From positions 1 to 64,000 of the forward strand of contig JBMYOQ010000008.1 in NCBI GenBank assembly GCA_049599475.1: 64,000 nucleotides of DNA, given 5' to 3'. A program made the position numbers and the translations under genes. How positions within the stretch are numbered: the stretch's first letter is position 1; the number at the start of each line of letters is the position of its first letter. Below the pieces are notes generated by a model. That model saw only the letters and a list, made by a program, of their open reading frames with translations. It was not told the origin of the DNA and ran no database searches. The stretch is from Opitutales bacterium (GTDB lineage Bacteria; Verrucomicrobiota; Verrucomicrobiia; Opitutales; JABSRG01). Below, piece by piece: positions 49,201 through 58,692 of this stretch.

Positions 49201-51673
49201 TAATATCTCCTCCGCCTGAATAGATGGTGACGAAGGCTCCTGTTTGGTCAGTCCCCAATTGGACCGCTCCAGCAATGTCGTTGACGTTTTTGAGAGCGGA
49301 GCCTGTCGGCGCTGTTGTTCCTGCGCTGCCCCCTCCGAGGATGATATCTCCTCCTCCAGATGCCGTGCTGGTATTGGAGCCACTGCGATCTGAAGCTGTG
49401 CGGCTATCGAGAGATGTTGTGCTTTGCAGATACACATATCCACCTGCGTCGTCGAAATTGGCCCAAAGTGTGATATCACCCGCATTGGTTGCGATGTTAG
49501 AATTCGTCGATACAATTACATCGTCTGCCGCTTTGAGTCGAACTCCGGCGCCTGAGTTCGACGTCGTTAAATCGTCGTCGACAGTGATATCTCCGCCATA
49601 AATGCTGAGGCTTCCAGCTATATCGATGGCACTACTTAGAGTGACGTCGACATTTGTGGCACTGCTGTCACTTCCTATGGCGAGGCCGAGAGTGTCGCTT
49701 ATTCTTAATCCATCGAAGGTGCCAGATCCGCTGGTTGAAGAATAATAACCACCGGATTCGGTGCTATCCCAGGTGACCGCCGCGGTGAAGTTGTCTTCGA
49801 AGGGGGCTATCGTAAGGGTCCCTGTGCCGTCGATTTGAATAATCTCAGTGGCGTTTTGGAAATCGAAGAAAATTGTATCGGTGATCAAATCTACATCCCC
49901 TGACCCTGCGTCTACGCTCGCGACGCCTTCAAAGGCTGAAATACCCGTATCATTTATGCCGACCTCGCCTGTCGTACCAACTATTCTGAGGTCACCTCCT
50001 CCAGTTGTGATGCTAGAACCTCCGCCGAGCTCCACGCCGATGAGGTTTGATTCTCCTCCCATGGCAGCGCCTGCGCCTACGGTATGCCCATTCCAAGTGC
50101 CTGTGAGCTGACCTCCACCAATCCACATGTCGCCTCCATTAGTATCCACATTAGAGTCGACGATGACTCCGTTTCCAGACCCTGTGAAGCCTGCGGCTCG
50201 GTCAACTTCGGAAACCAAGATTAGGTTGAGTTCACCGCTTGAAGATGAAATATCTCCGCCTAATTCCAAGCTGAGAAGTCCGGTTGAAGATAACGTTAGG
50301 GTGCGTTCGTTTGCTCCCGTATATTCGATGGGATCATAGACCTCGAGTGTGTAATTGGCGCCGGTACCCGTAGTGATCGCGACATTACTAGAAGCGAGTG
50401 CAGTCTCGATCGATTCCGTTGTATTGGTGGCGACTTCGATAACGTTACTGGCGTCTGAGATGATTACGTCTCCTGGGTCGAGCAGCCAGTTTCCCGCGCT
50501 CCCATCGCTTGCTAATGTGGATACGAAGACATCGTTTACATGTAAAGTGCGTCCCGAGGTTTCTACCGCTCCGCCACGGCCTCCCTGTGCTCCGCCTTCG
50601 GCTATGATCGATCCATCGACCGTAGTCACCGAGGATTCATTGGTGATATCCGACCAAAGAACAATGGTCCCTCCGTTGCCCTGTTCGATCGCACTTGCGT
50701 CAATACGTGCGTCCGCAGCCATATCTACGGTGGTTGCTTGATACATGCTGCCTCTGCCTTGCCAATCACCGCCAATGAGGATTTCTCCGCCACCGGTTTT
50801 ACCACGTGCTTCAATAATTGAGCTGGATGCCAAGTTGATATCATCGCCTTCGAGGAAAATGCGGCCTCCTTTATTTACGAGATTGCTGGCGTTGATTTCA
50901 CCGCTATTATTTACGATACCTCCACGCAGCTCGTTTACCGCGGTAGCTGAAAGGATTACCGTACCGCCCGATGTGATGATAGCATTTCTGTTTTCTACCA
51001 AAGTTTCGATCTGGCTTTGCGTAGTCGTTACATCGAGAAGAGATAAGTTGTCTCCGAAGTTCAGGCTTATCTTTTCGCCTGAGGCGAGTGCGACCGTACC
51101 CATATCTGATGTGATTACGCCGGAGTTTACGACCTCAGGCGCGAGCAACGCGATATAGCCGCCTTGGTCGGCGTTTAGACTGCCTTCGTTTACAACGCTT
51201 CCCGTAGCATCTCCGCGGTAAAAGGTGCTTTTACCTTCCAAGAAATCTTCGGCCGAAATGTGGTGCGTTGTTGCCACCAGGCCACCCACATGAACGCGCG
51301 AACCTGGAGAAAAGTAGATCCCCTCAGGATTCGTTAGAAATATCTGTCCATTGGACTCGATATTTCCGAATATTTGACTCGAACTGTCTCCGAATACCCG
51401 ATTCAAAGTGACACTCGTGTTTGATGGTTGGTTAAAGAAAACCTGTGCGTCGCTTCCGATATTAAAGCTACTCCAATCTATAGAAGCGCGGTTGCTCGAT
51501 TGGTCTATGTCCATCCGAGCACCATTGCTCCTAATGTCTGCCTGTCCACCTACAACATTCCCGCCGGAAGGGAGTTGGTTCGGGGCTGGGATTTCCTGTC
51601 CGAGGGAGGTGTATTGAAAATTTGATACTCCAAAGAGCAGAGTGACGCAGTGTAATAAAGGTTTCTTCATCAT
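46247..51673 (-). CDS. TpsA filamentous-haemagglutinin-family exoprotein with YDG repeats
   Basis: TPS domain (IDWSSFNIG, F.QP, LNRV, NPEG), GG.VETSG, WLLDP, beta-helix-like G/S/T-rich region, four DKVYD/DKIYDG repeats. Confidence 0.9.
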   Translation of the reverse strand: MMKKPLLHCVTLLFGVSNFQYTSLGQEIPAPNQLPSGGNVVGGQADIRSNGARMDIDQSSNRASIDWSSFNIGSDAQVFFNQPSNTSVTLNRVFGDSSSQIFGNIESNGQIFLTNPEGIYFSPGSRVHVGGLVATTHHISAEDFLEGKSTFYRGDATGSVVNEGSLNADQGGYIALLAPEVVNSGVITSDMGTVALASGEKISLNFGDNLSLLDVTTTQSQIETLVENRNAIITSGGTVILSATAVNELRGGIVNNSGEINASNLVNKGGRIFLEGDDINLASSSIIEARGKTGGGEILIGGDWQGRGSMYQATTVDMAADARIDASAIEQGNGGTIVLWSDITNESSVTTVDGSIIAEGGAQGGRGGAVETSGRTLHVNDVFVSTLASDGSAGNWLLDPGDVIISDASNVIEVATNTTESIETALASSNVAITTGTGANYTLEVYDPIEYTGANERTLTLSSTGLLSLELGGDISSSSGELNLILVSEVDRAAGFTGSGNGVIVDSNVDTNGGDMWIGGGQLTGTWNGHTVGAGAAMGGESNLIGVELGGGSSITTGGGDLRIVGTTGEVGINDTGISAFEGVASVDAGSGDVDLITDTIFFDFQNATEIIQIDGTGTLTIAPFEDNFTAAVTWDSTESGGYYSSTSGSGTFDGLRISDTLGLAIGSDSSATNVDVTLSSAIDIAGSLSIYGGDITVDDDLTTSNSGAGVRLKAADDVIVSTNSNIATNAGDITLWANFDDAGGYVYLQSTTSLDSRTASDRSGSNTSTASGGGDIILGGGSAGTTAPTGSALKNVNDIAGAVQLGTDQTGAFVTIYSGGGDITMRGNSTVGDASDDESSGIHTFEGITIDAGTSGDITMEGQGSNGWFANGVIISYGPGGVADTMIRTQDGDITLSGISNGGAFIENIGLNFAVGFGRTGTIQATGTGSISISGSGDDRDLGFQENAHILAASGDIDFLANGGGPLQPYDDDFFIGYRAGTDVTASTSNINIQADNFSFDSGGGFEFNTSGTVTIEPVSASFSGTLTWQSNDYDISTDASGLTLGKAGNTSDIVLSSDITVSGPINIIGDDITINSALTATNDTITLTGAGNVTDGAGGYVVAENLALLDGAISLDNASGNVSTLAANGVDSLLYIDSNAVEIGSIGSTNGLSSTGTINIATRSGDLTLSQDISTTDNTTSAVTLNAGLDESAGTSTGGDLNISGSPTISMGSGGRATLYSGSVSGSTGLTDFIGSGSGRFRYNSDESVSNYTAALSAGNNAIYREQINLSGSISSETITYGDTIPAFTASVGTIVNGDSGVTMTVNGATYSTSARLEVGTYSVTASTLPDLGYTVGALSNGSLTVNPYALTVTGLSAIDKVYDTTTDASLSGTASISTLSGDIVNLNGTGTAAFSDKNVGDGKSVTVSGYSISGADAGNYSLAQPSGLSADITPVTVSISGITANDKVYDANTTATLDTSGATLSGILSGDTVSLNNTESATFADKNVGAEKSVTVGGYTLSGVDAGNYTLAQPSGLIADITPASVSIVGITANDKVYDANTAATLDTASATLSGVFSGDNVSFNNSGSATFSDKNVGNGKPVTVNGYTLSGTDAGNYTLVQPSGFTADITPASVSISGITANDKIYDGTLDASLNTNGVTFSGILSGDTVNYSVTGMFEDAMVGSDKTVNLTYAYSGADLGNYTFTIQETTTASIISPYTHFEDVSTQFVTRTTEITDGLIVITLPSGTSTSGHGFSFELPEGLKNQPQIGLRVADGSQLPDWLQYDHLESRLNASTVPSHGLPISLLVEHGERETTVIISERR

Positions 51674-51688
51674 GGGCCTACTCTCAGT

Positions 51689-53365
51689 CTAAAAGGGCAT
51701 GGAAGCTTCGAGCCAAAATCGATTCTTGATCAGGCTGCCATCCTGGTCCCTACCAGTATCTGAAGCATCTGGATTATCGCTTATTCTTCGGGCATAGGTC
51801 GCCTTAATCTTTATTGATTTGGGGCCTACCCAGTTTAAGTAGATACCCCCGCCGTCCAATGCATACGTGTTAGGGTTTCGGTTAAAGGGGTTGTCATGGT
51901 TTACTCGAACATATCCCCAGTCGTAAAACCCGGATACAAATAAGTCTGGTCGTACCATGTAGCGAAGTTCTAATGTGGTCGCTACTGCGTCATCACCGCC
52001 TCCTTCGTTCGCTGGGTAGGCGCGAACTCCTGTAGGTCCGCCTAAATAAAACTTCTCAGATGAGTCGAGATTTCCGTCTGAAAATTGACCTCGCGCTGCA
52101 CCGTAAATAGAGGTCTTTTGATTGATTCGTTGTTGCCTGGATACGAAGTAATTGAGCTTAGTGTAGCGGCCGTCCAGAATTGGTAGTTCATTCAGGTTGA
52201 GGTTATCCAAGTCAATATTGCCTGAGCTCAAGGTGATGTTCGCAAAATTGACACTACCGCCGAAGGCATTATCGAATAAATTGGCTGTTAGTCCGATGGT
52301 GAAACTGTCTGAGGTATAATTGGATACAGAAACTCCACTCGCTTCGTTGTCGTAGAGGCTCTCTTCATACCTGGTATTCAGGTAGACATTCCGAGTACGT
52401 GAGCGAATGAGTGGGTAATGTGCATTGGCTGCTAAAACTCTTGAGCTACCTTTTATGTTTAACTCCTCGAATCCGTCTGTTGTTATTTTGTAACTTAACC
52501 AAGATCCCGAGACACCTAACCTGAGCCCGTTGTAGCCGACGGGTAAACTGTATGCGTAGCGCCCATATCGGTTGCCCTCTGAAATGAGCGCACTCGCAGA
52601 GACTAGATCTCCGATGCGGAGTGGACTATTCAAGAAAACGTCGAGTGAAACGCGTTCTTCTCCCGTGGCGCGAGACCCATAGTTGTCTACAGTGACTTCC
52701 CCGTCGATACGACCCTCGCTGCCGGAAATGAGGAGTAGGTCTGTCTCACCTTGGGATTCACCGGGTACAAATGTGCCCGATGCTGCCAGGCCCGGTAAGT
52801 CATCGAGGAGTAGCATGGCTCTGTTCAGTTTTGCTAAATCCAGAAACTCTCCAGATGGCTGATTTTCTTCGATATACTTCTCAATGGTTCTCTCTTTGAG
52901 GATCTCTGATCCCATGGACTCTAGTTGGGTATCACCGAATCGAGCTTCGACGATTCTTAAGGTGACCTCGCCATCTACAATCTCTTGTCGCGGTAAATAT
53001 ACCCGGGCTAGTCGATTTGCATTTTGGTAGGCCTCACCGACCGCAGCGGCCGCAGCGTTGAGTCCGTGCATGTCGAGCGTTTTGCCTATGAAAGGGCTTA
53101 CCGCCTGAGAAAGGGCCTCGGCATCCAGGATGGTGTTGCCGGAGAATTTAAAAGCGCTTACAGTGACCGTAATGCCTTGGGTATCGCTGCTCTCGGTGGC
53201 ATCGGGAGAAGACTGCTCTTTTAGGTCGGGTATTTCCCTGATCTCAGGTTCCTCAAATTGCTGCTGCAAGGTCCCGGCGTCGGGCAGACCTTGGGCTAGA
53301 ATCTCCGGACAGTATGCTAATAGGGAGGCAGTGAGGGTGAGAAATTGATTCCTCAATGAAGGCAT
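51689..53365 (-). CDS. TpsB (ShlB/FhaC/HecB) two-partner secretion transporter
   Basis: PDAG, POTRA (FSGNT, YLPRQEI.DG), DNYGS..TG, LGGPTGVRAYP, C-terminal F. Confidence 0.92.
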   Translation of the reverse strand: MPSLRNQFLTLTASLLAYCPEILAQGLPDAGTLQQQFEEPEIREIPDLKEQSSPDATESSDTQGITVTVSAFKFSGNTILDAEALSQAVSPFIGKTLDMHGLNAAAAAVGEAYQNANRLARVYLPRQEIVDGEVTLRIVEARFGDTQLESMGSEILKERTIEKYIEENQPSGEFLDLAKLNRAMLLLDDLPGLAASGTFVPGESQGETDLLLISGSEGRIDGEVTVDNYGSRATGEERVSLDVFLNSPLRIGDLVSASALISEGNRYGRYAYSLPVGYNGLRLGVSGSWLSYKITTDGFEELNIKGSSRVLAANAHYPLIRSRTRNVYLNTRYEESLYDNEASGVSVSNYTSDSFTIGLTANLFDNAFGGSVNFANITLSSGNIDLDNLNLNELPILDGRYTKLNYFVSRQQRINQKTSIYGAARGQFSDGNLDSSEKFYLGGPTGVRAYPANEGGGDDAVATTLELRYMVRPDLFVSGFYDWGYVRVNHDNPFNRNPNTYALDGGGIYLNWVGPKSIKIKATYARRISDNPDASDTGRDQDGSLIKNRFWLEASMPF

Positions 53366-53857
53366 CGTAATGCTGCGCGGTAGAGGTTCATAGATTTGAA
53401 CGCAGTGCAGCGCAGAGCCCTTGATCGATGTGTCGTCGGCAACGCTGTGATAATCAGTAATCTATTATCAATAGGGGTGTCGGAAGGTGGAAATCGGAAG
53501 TGTGGGTGCATGCGTCTTCGTTCATCGGTCTATTCAAGAAGACCGTTCGGATGCTCTTATAATTAGATACTCTAGGGTTTACCTTGAACGAAGGGGCGGT
53601 GATTTACCTGATTTTTACTGAGAATTCTCGAGTCGTAATCTTCGCAATAGATCCGATATCCAGAATCGGTGGATTCGTGGAACTGGGTCTCTCGAGAGTG
53701 CCTCTCCGAAGCCATTAGTAGCCACCAGCCCAAGAGCTGTTACGTCCGTTTTATAGACCGTATTGATGGCGGCTATGCCAAATCCCTTGAGTCTCCGCAT
53801 CCAGCGGGAATTTTAGCTACCGGGAAACCTCCTAAGGTTGTGAATAATGCCTATGCC

Positions 53858-55475
53858 CTATTCGGTTTCTCCGACTTGAACGTTATTGAAAATGAAGGAA
53901 GTGGTCGGGTTGTTGAGCCAATTGTTTACCTCCGGTTTTAGGAGGTAGAATCGCAGGTAGTGGTAGATGGGAGCGATGGGCATATCCTCCATCGCCATGA
54001 TTTCGGCCTCTTGGAAGAGTGCCATGCGTTTTTCTGCATCGGGCTCCTGGCTGGCAGCGGTGAACAGGCGGTCGAATTCTGGATTATTGTATCCGCTGTG
54101 ATTATTTCCAGATTCAGCACGGAACAGGTCTAGATACCCTTCTGGATCAACACCTCCGACCCAGGCCGCGCGCGAAATATCGTAGTCGCCCTCGCGGATT
54201 GTATCGAGGTATACCTTCCACTCCTGGTTTAGGAGTGATACCTCGATGCCCAAATGCGTTTTCCACATTTGCTGGACAGCTTGAGCAATTGCCCGGTGCC
54301 CTTCGCTTGTATTGTAGATGAGGGTGAGCGAAGGAAAGCCTTCTCCATTTGGAAACCCTGCATCTGCCAGGAGTTGGCGGGCCGCATCGAGATCTTCTTC
54401 GAAACTCTCAGGCTGTGTATAGCCAGCAATCAAGGGGGGGACAAATGTGTTGGCGACAGGTTGGCCTCCGTTGGTGACGAAGTTTACGATCTCGAAGCGG
54501 TCGATAGCGAAGGCCAGAGCCTTACGGACACGGACATCATCCAGCGGTGGCTTGCTTAAATTGAAGCGGTAATAATAGGTGCCGTAGAAGCTGTCCGCGC
54601 GCATATCTTCGCGACCGGATTCACGGAATGTGCGCAGTTTTGAAGGAGGCACTGTCGAGGTCTTGTGGATACTATCCGTTTCATAAGCGCGCAGCTCAGT
54701 GTCGACGTTTTCAATTGTTCTGTAGACGATCTTATCGAGGTGGATTTCCTCCGGCTTGTGGTAGTAGGGGTGGCTTTCTACTACGATGCGATCATCTTGT
54801 ATCCATTCGGTAAGGACGAATGCGCCGTTTCCTACAAGGTTGCCAGGTCTGAAGTATTCAGTGTCGATCGAAGTCTCAGCACCAAAAGGCTCCATGCTGG
54901 GGCGATGGATTGGGTAGAAGCATGTCTGAGAGAGACTTGTGATGAAGAAGAGCTTAGGCGTCGTCATCGTAACTTCAAAAGTATAGTCGTCGATTACTCT
55001 GATGCCTACGTCTTCCCATTCTGCTTCGCCTTGATTGTATTTCTCGGCATTGATAATCGAGTTGAAATAGAAGATGTAAGGCGTGCTTATTTCAGGCCTG
55101 AGGGCGCGACGAAAACCGGCTACCCAATCTGCCGCGACCACGGGGTCGCCATTCGACCAGCGTGCTTCTTTTATGAGGTGAAATGTGTACGTTTTGCCAT
55201 CGTCCGATGCCGTGTAATGTGTGATGGATACAGGCTCAATATTCCCAGTTTCCGGATTGTAGCGCATGAGCGGATCATAAAGCGCGTTCATGATATTGAA
55301 ACTGATAGAATCTGTCGCGATGTGTGGGTCGATCGCGGGCGGCTCAGATCCAGGGCCAATTTTGAGCGTCTTCACCACCTCCTCAGGGGCTTGAGTTTCA
55401 TTCGCTTGGGGCCCACATGCTGTGAACAGCAGTGCGAATAGGGGGGTGATCAGGAAGATGGCTTTTTTTGCGCAT
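53858..55475 (-). CDS. oppA: OppA-like peptide ABC substrate-binding lipoprotein; 5' end apparently frameshifted
   Basis: WSNGDPV.A.D, VGNGAF.L..W, DVRVRKALA.AIDR, LIYNTSEGH, NQEWKVYL. Lipobox FTAC is in frame upstream of GTG 55378, but ATG 55475 is 1 nt out of frame across an A7 run. Confidence 0.8.
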
Positions 55476-55486
55476 ATTGTGTAGAG

Positions 55487-55771
55487 TTATTTTTTGTCGT
55501 GGTGCCCTAAGTCCCGTTCGGGGGCTATGATGTCGCGGATGCGTTTTTTAAGTTCACTGGCTCCTGGGAAACCGCCGTCAGCCTTGCGTTCCCATATCAA
55601 ACTCTCGCCGATCGATATTTCAAATACACCGGGTGCATCGTTCTCAGGATAGAGCAAAACGCCTTCGATATCGTCGGAAAAGGAGTGGAGGATTTCTTGG
55701 CTCATCCAAGAGGCGCGCAACATCCAGTTGCACTTCGGACAGTATTTGATGGTGACGCGTGGTTTGCTCAT
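55487..55771 (-). CDS. SelT/SelW/SelH (Rdx) family protein, Cys form
   Basis: I.YCPKCNWMLRA.W..QE.L, G.FEI, IWERK.DGGFP, DLGH. Confidence 0.9.
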   Translation of the reverse strand: MSKPRVTIKYCPKCNWMLRASWMSQEILHSFSDDIEGVLLYPENDAPGVFEISIGESLIWERKADGGFPGASELKKRIRDIIAPERDLGHHDKK

Positions 55772-57246
55772 TTACCGGGTTTGTCTGGAATGACTTCTGG
55801 AAGCTCGATTGTGAAACAAGCGCCAGATTCTGGGATGTTTTTAGCGGATAGCGTGCCGCCATATTGCTCAATGATTTCTTTTGAGAGAGCAAGGCCCAGG
55901 CCTAGTCCAAAGTGTTGGCTGCTGTTCTTAGTTGTGAAGTTAGGTTCGAAAATACGTTCCAAATTTTGCTCAGGGATACCTGTGCCGGCATCGCTTATTT
56001 TGATTTGAATCTTTCCTTCAATAAACGTGGCGCCGAGTGCGATTTTCTTACCCTCCGGTGTCGCGTCCATAGCATTTACCAGCAAATTCGTGATCACCTG
56101 ATTGAACTCTCCTGGAGCTATCCGGACCTTGGGCAATTCGTTGAGTTCGATCCTTAGGTCGTAATACTTTAGTCGATGGTTGAGAACTGTCCTGGTGTCG
56201 CGAATACAGGTCAAAATGTCAGTATCTTCGACAGTCGTGTTCTCTGGTTTGCCGTAGCGTTTGAGGCTCTTGACTAACCCAAAAATACGCTCCGTAGTCA
56301 GCTGTGCCGTCTTGAGGTAGGCCCCAGTCTCATAGGCGTTCAGAGCTTCGCTTATGCGTTGCTCAGGTTTGCTAGTGAGGCTGCGTTTCAAAAGTTTGTT
56401 TAAGTCGAGGTCGGGGCTCTCCGGGAGAGATGCCAGTCGTCTCAGGAGGCTGCGTGGCAACTGCGGGTGATCTTTCTCTAAAGATTTCAGGCGTGCCCGG
56501 ATTGCTGAGGCGTCTGGTTGGCTCTGATCGATCCCTAATTGGTATAAGCCGAGCGCAGTCTCGCTATTTAGGTTCTTGGAATTTGAAGATTCGAGAGACT
56601 GTTTGGAGCACTCTTGGAGGCCCTCTATCGACTGGCGCAATGCCGATGCCGGGTTATTAATTTCGTGAGCCACCCCGGCTACGAGTTGACCCATGACAGC
56701 CAAGCGCTCCGAGTGGGCAAGGCGTTCGCGGGTCTCTTCAAGTTCTCTAAGGGTTTCCTTTAGATGATTGCGCTCGTTCTCCAACGCGATGGACAACTCT
56801 GCATTCTCCGCATTGATGGCTGCCATACGCTGGACGCGTTCGCAAAGATTCCCGATCAACAAATGGTCCACCGTTTTGCTGAATTTCGAAAACTGCTCGC
56901 GGACTTTGTCGAACAGGTTTGGCGTAAAGAGAAGGCATGTAACATCGTCAACCGCCACCGATTTTGAGTGAGTCGGGCGGCCGGACCAAAAAGAGATCAA
57001 TCCTAAAAAAGATCCCGGACCTAGGATATCGACAAATATTTTGCGGCCACCGTGACTCTTACTCTCACGTGTGAGTTCAGCAACTCCGCTGAGAATCACA
57101 TAGAGATGCTTGTTTTGAGCGTTCTGGTCGAGGATCACCTCGCCGGGCTTAAAGCTGCAGGTCGGGAGTTTTTCAGACTCCACAAAATCGGTGAGAATGC
57201 CGAGGTTTTCGGCATCCATGGTAACTTGCTGGGTGCTAGATTCCAT
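55768..57246 (-). CDS. Cytoplasmic histidine kinase with N-terminal cNMP-binding domain
   Basis: FKPGEVIL.Q, LYVILSG, GPGSFLG; GVAHEINNP; NLLVNAMDA, DAGTG, FTTK, GLGLGL. Confidence 0.87.
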   Translation of the reverse strand: MESSTQQVTMDAENLGILTDFVESEKLPTCSFKPGEVILDQNAQNKHLYVILSGVAELTRESKSHGGRKIFVDILGPGSFLGLISFWSGRPTHSKSVAVDDVTCLLFTPNLFDKVREQFSKFSKTVDHLLIGNLCERVQRMAAINAENAELSIALENERNHLKETLRELEETRERLAHSERLAVMGQLVAGVAHEINNPASALRQSIEGLQECSKQSLESSNSKNLNSETALGLYQLGIDQSQPDASAIRARLKSLEKDHPQLPRSLLRRLASLPESPDLDLNKLLKRSLTSKPEQRISEALNAYETGAYLKTAQLTTERIFGLVKSLKRYGKPENTTVEDTDILTCIRDTRTVLNHRLKYYDLRIELNELPKVRIAPGEFNQVITNLLVNAMDATPEGKKIALGATFIEGKIQIKISDAGTGIPEQNLERIFEPNFTTKNSSQHFGLGLGLALSKEIIEQYGGTLSAKNIPESGACFTIELPEVIPDKPGK

Positions 57247-57293
57247 TCAATGTAAGGGTGCGCTGCGCTGGTTACCCTAGTTCTAGGTATAAC

Positions 57294-57329
57294 AAAAAAC
57301 CCGGAGCCGTGGACGGCAACCGGGTTCTT
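57294..57329 (-). terminator. Rho-independent terminator of the pdh operon
   Basis: Minus strand AACCCGG-TT-GCCGT-CC-ACGGC-T-CCGGGTT hairpin running into T6, about 23 nt after the pdhC stop. Confidence 0.75.
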
Positions 57330-57351
57330 CAAAGAGAATGAAAATTTTTCC

Positions 57352-58638
57352 TTAAACGAGGATCAAGGAAGGATTTTCGAGAATGTCGCGCAAGGTGCTA
57401 AGGAACTCGGCGCCATCCGCTCCGTCGACTGCGCGGTGGTCGCAGCAGAGAGCGAGGTTCATTACCTGGCCAGCCTGGATGGATCCATCCTTGGCAACGA
57501 TCGGCTTCGCAACGGATGCTCCGACGCAGAGGATGCCTGCATTGGGTGGGTTGATAATTCCGAAGAAATTGCTGATTCCGAGGCGTGGCATACCCATGTT
57601 TGAAACTGTGAAGGTGTGGCCCGACATTTCGGCAGGGCTGAGCTTCTTGGCCTGAGTCTTCTTGATGAGGCTCTTGGCTTCCGCGCTGATTTGGCGAATG
57701 CTCTTGTTGTGAGCGCCTTCGATGGTGGGGGTGAGTAGGCCGTCTGGGATCGGTACTGCGAAGGCCAAGTTTACCTTGTCGTGGTATTCAATGTGGTCGC
57801 CCATCCAAGAGACGTTCATCGCAGGCACGCGGCGCAGGGCTTCGACACTGGCCTTAAGAATAAGGTCGTTCACTGTGAGCTTCACCCCTTGAGACTCGAG
57901 TCCAGCATTCAGCTCGCCGCGTAGCTTTAGAAGGGCTCCGGCGTTTACTTCGATGCTGAGGTAGAAATGAGGAATGGTGTTCTTGGATTCCAGAAGGCGG
58001 CGAGCAATTGTGCCGCGCATAGTGGACACAGGGACTGTCTTGGCTTCTTGGACGAGGCCACCTGGGAGTGGCGCTGCCTTCGCTTTTTCAGCAGGGGCCG
58101 CCTTGGCAGGGTTCTTCGCAGCGGCTTCGACGTCGGCCTTCACGATGCGCCCGTTCGGGCCCGTGCCCTTGACGGATGAAAGATCTACTTTGAGTTCGGC
58201 AGCAATCTTCTTGGCAAGTGGGGATGCCTTTACACCAGAAACAGCTGGTGCAGCTGCGGGAGCCGGAGTCGATGCGGGTGCCGGAGTGGGCGCTGGAGCA
58301 GGAGTCGGTGCCGCCTTGGGCTCTTCCTTCGCTGGTTCTGCTGGTTTCTCTTCCGCTGGGGCTGCCTTAGGTGCAGATTCGACTGCGGGAGCGTCCTCGC
58401 CCTCTTCGCCAACGGCACAAATGGGCTCTCCAATAGCTACTTGCTCTCCTTCGGCTACATACAGTTTGAGGATGACGCCGTCTTCGAAGTTTTCGACCTC
58501 CATGGTCGCTTTATCGGTCTCGACTTCGGCGATCATGTCGCCAGAAGCAACGGTTTCGCCTTCTTTTTTCAGCCAGGATACGAGCACGCCGTGTGTCATC
58601 GTATCGCTCAGTTTAGGCATTTCAATTATAGTAGCCAT
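57352..58638 (-). CDS. pdhC: Pyruvate dehydrogenase E2 dihydrolipoamide acetyltransferase
   Basis: Lipoyl domain EVETDKA, Ala/Pro linker, ASPLAKK...GTGPNGRI, DHRAVDGA. Confidence 0.95.
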   Translation of the reverse strand: MATIIEMPKLSDTMTHGVLVSWLKKEGETVASGDMIAEVETDKATMEVENFEDGVILKLYVAEGEQVAIGEPICAVGEEGEDAPAVESAPKAAPAEEKPAEPAKEEPKAAPTPAPAPTPAPASTPAPAAAPAVSGVKASPLAKKIAAELKVDLSSVKGTGPNGRIVKADVEAAAKNPAKAAPAEKAKAAPLPGGLVQEAKTVPVSTMRGTIARRLLESKNTIPHFYLSIEVNAGALLKLRGELNAGLESQGVKLTVNDLILKASVEALRRVPAMNVSWMGDHIEYHDKVNLAFAVPIPDGLLTPTIEGAHNKSIRQISAEAKSLIKKTQAKKLSPAEMSGHTFTVSNMGMPRLGISNFFGIINPPNAGILCVGASVAKPIVAKDGSIQAGQVMNLALCCDHRAVDGADGAEFLSTLRDILENPSLILV

Positions 58639-58692
58639 GGATGTCGTTGAAGAGTGTTGTTATTAAATTTGTTGGAGAGGAGTAGGGGAACC

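Noticed and set aside
53700..53840. c-di-GMP-I riboswitch upstream of tpsB (CGGTCTA...ACAGC)
   Set aside because: No GGCAAA/GNRA tetraloop or GACGCAAAGC elements; kept only as a generic structured-RNA candidate
53615..53941. Short ORFs (61 aa minus, 90 aa plus) in the oppA-tpsB gap
   Set aside because: No recognisable motifs, they overlap each other, and one overlaps the oppA 3' end
54665..55441. 258-aa plus-strand ORF
   Set aside because: Antisense to oppA, no motifs
55487..55771. Selenoprotein (Sec) in the Rdx gene
   Set aside because: The motif is CPKC with no in-frame TGA
57974..58666. 230-aa plus-strand ORF
   Set aside because: Antisense shadow of pdhC produced by the Ala/Pro linker codon bias
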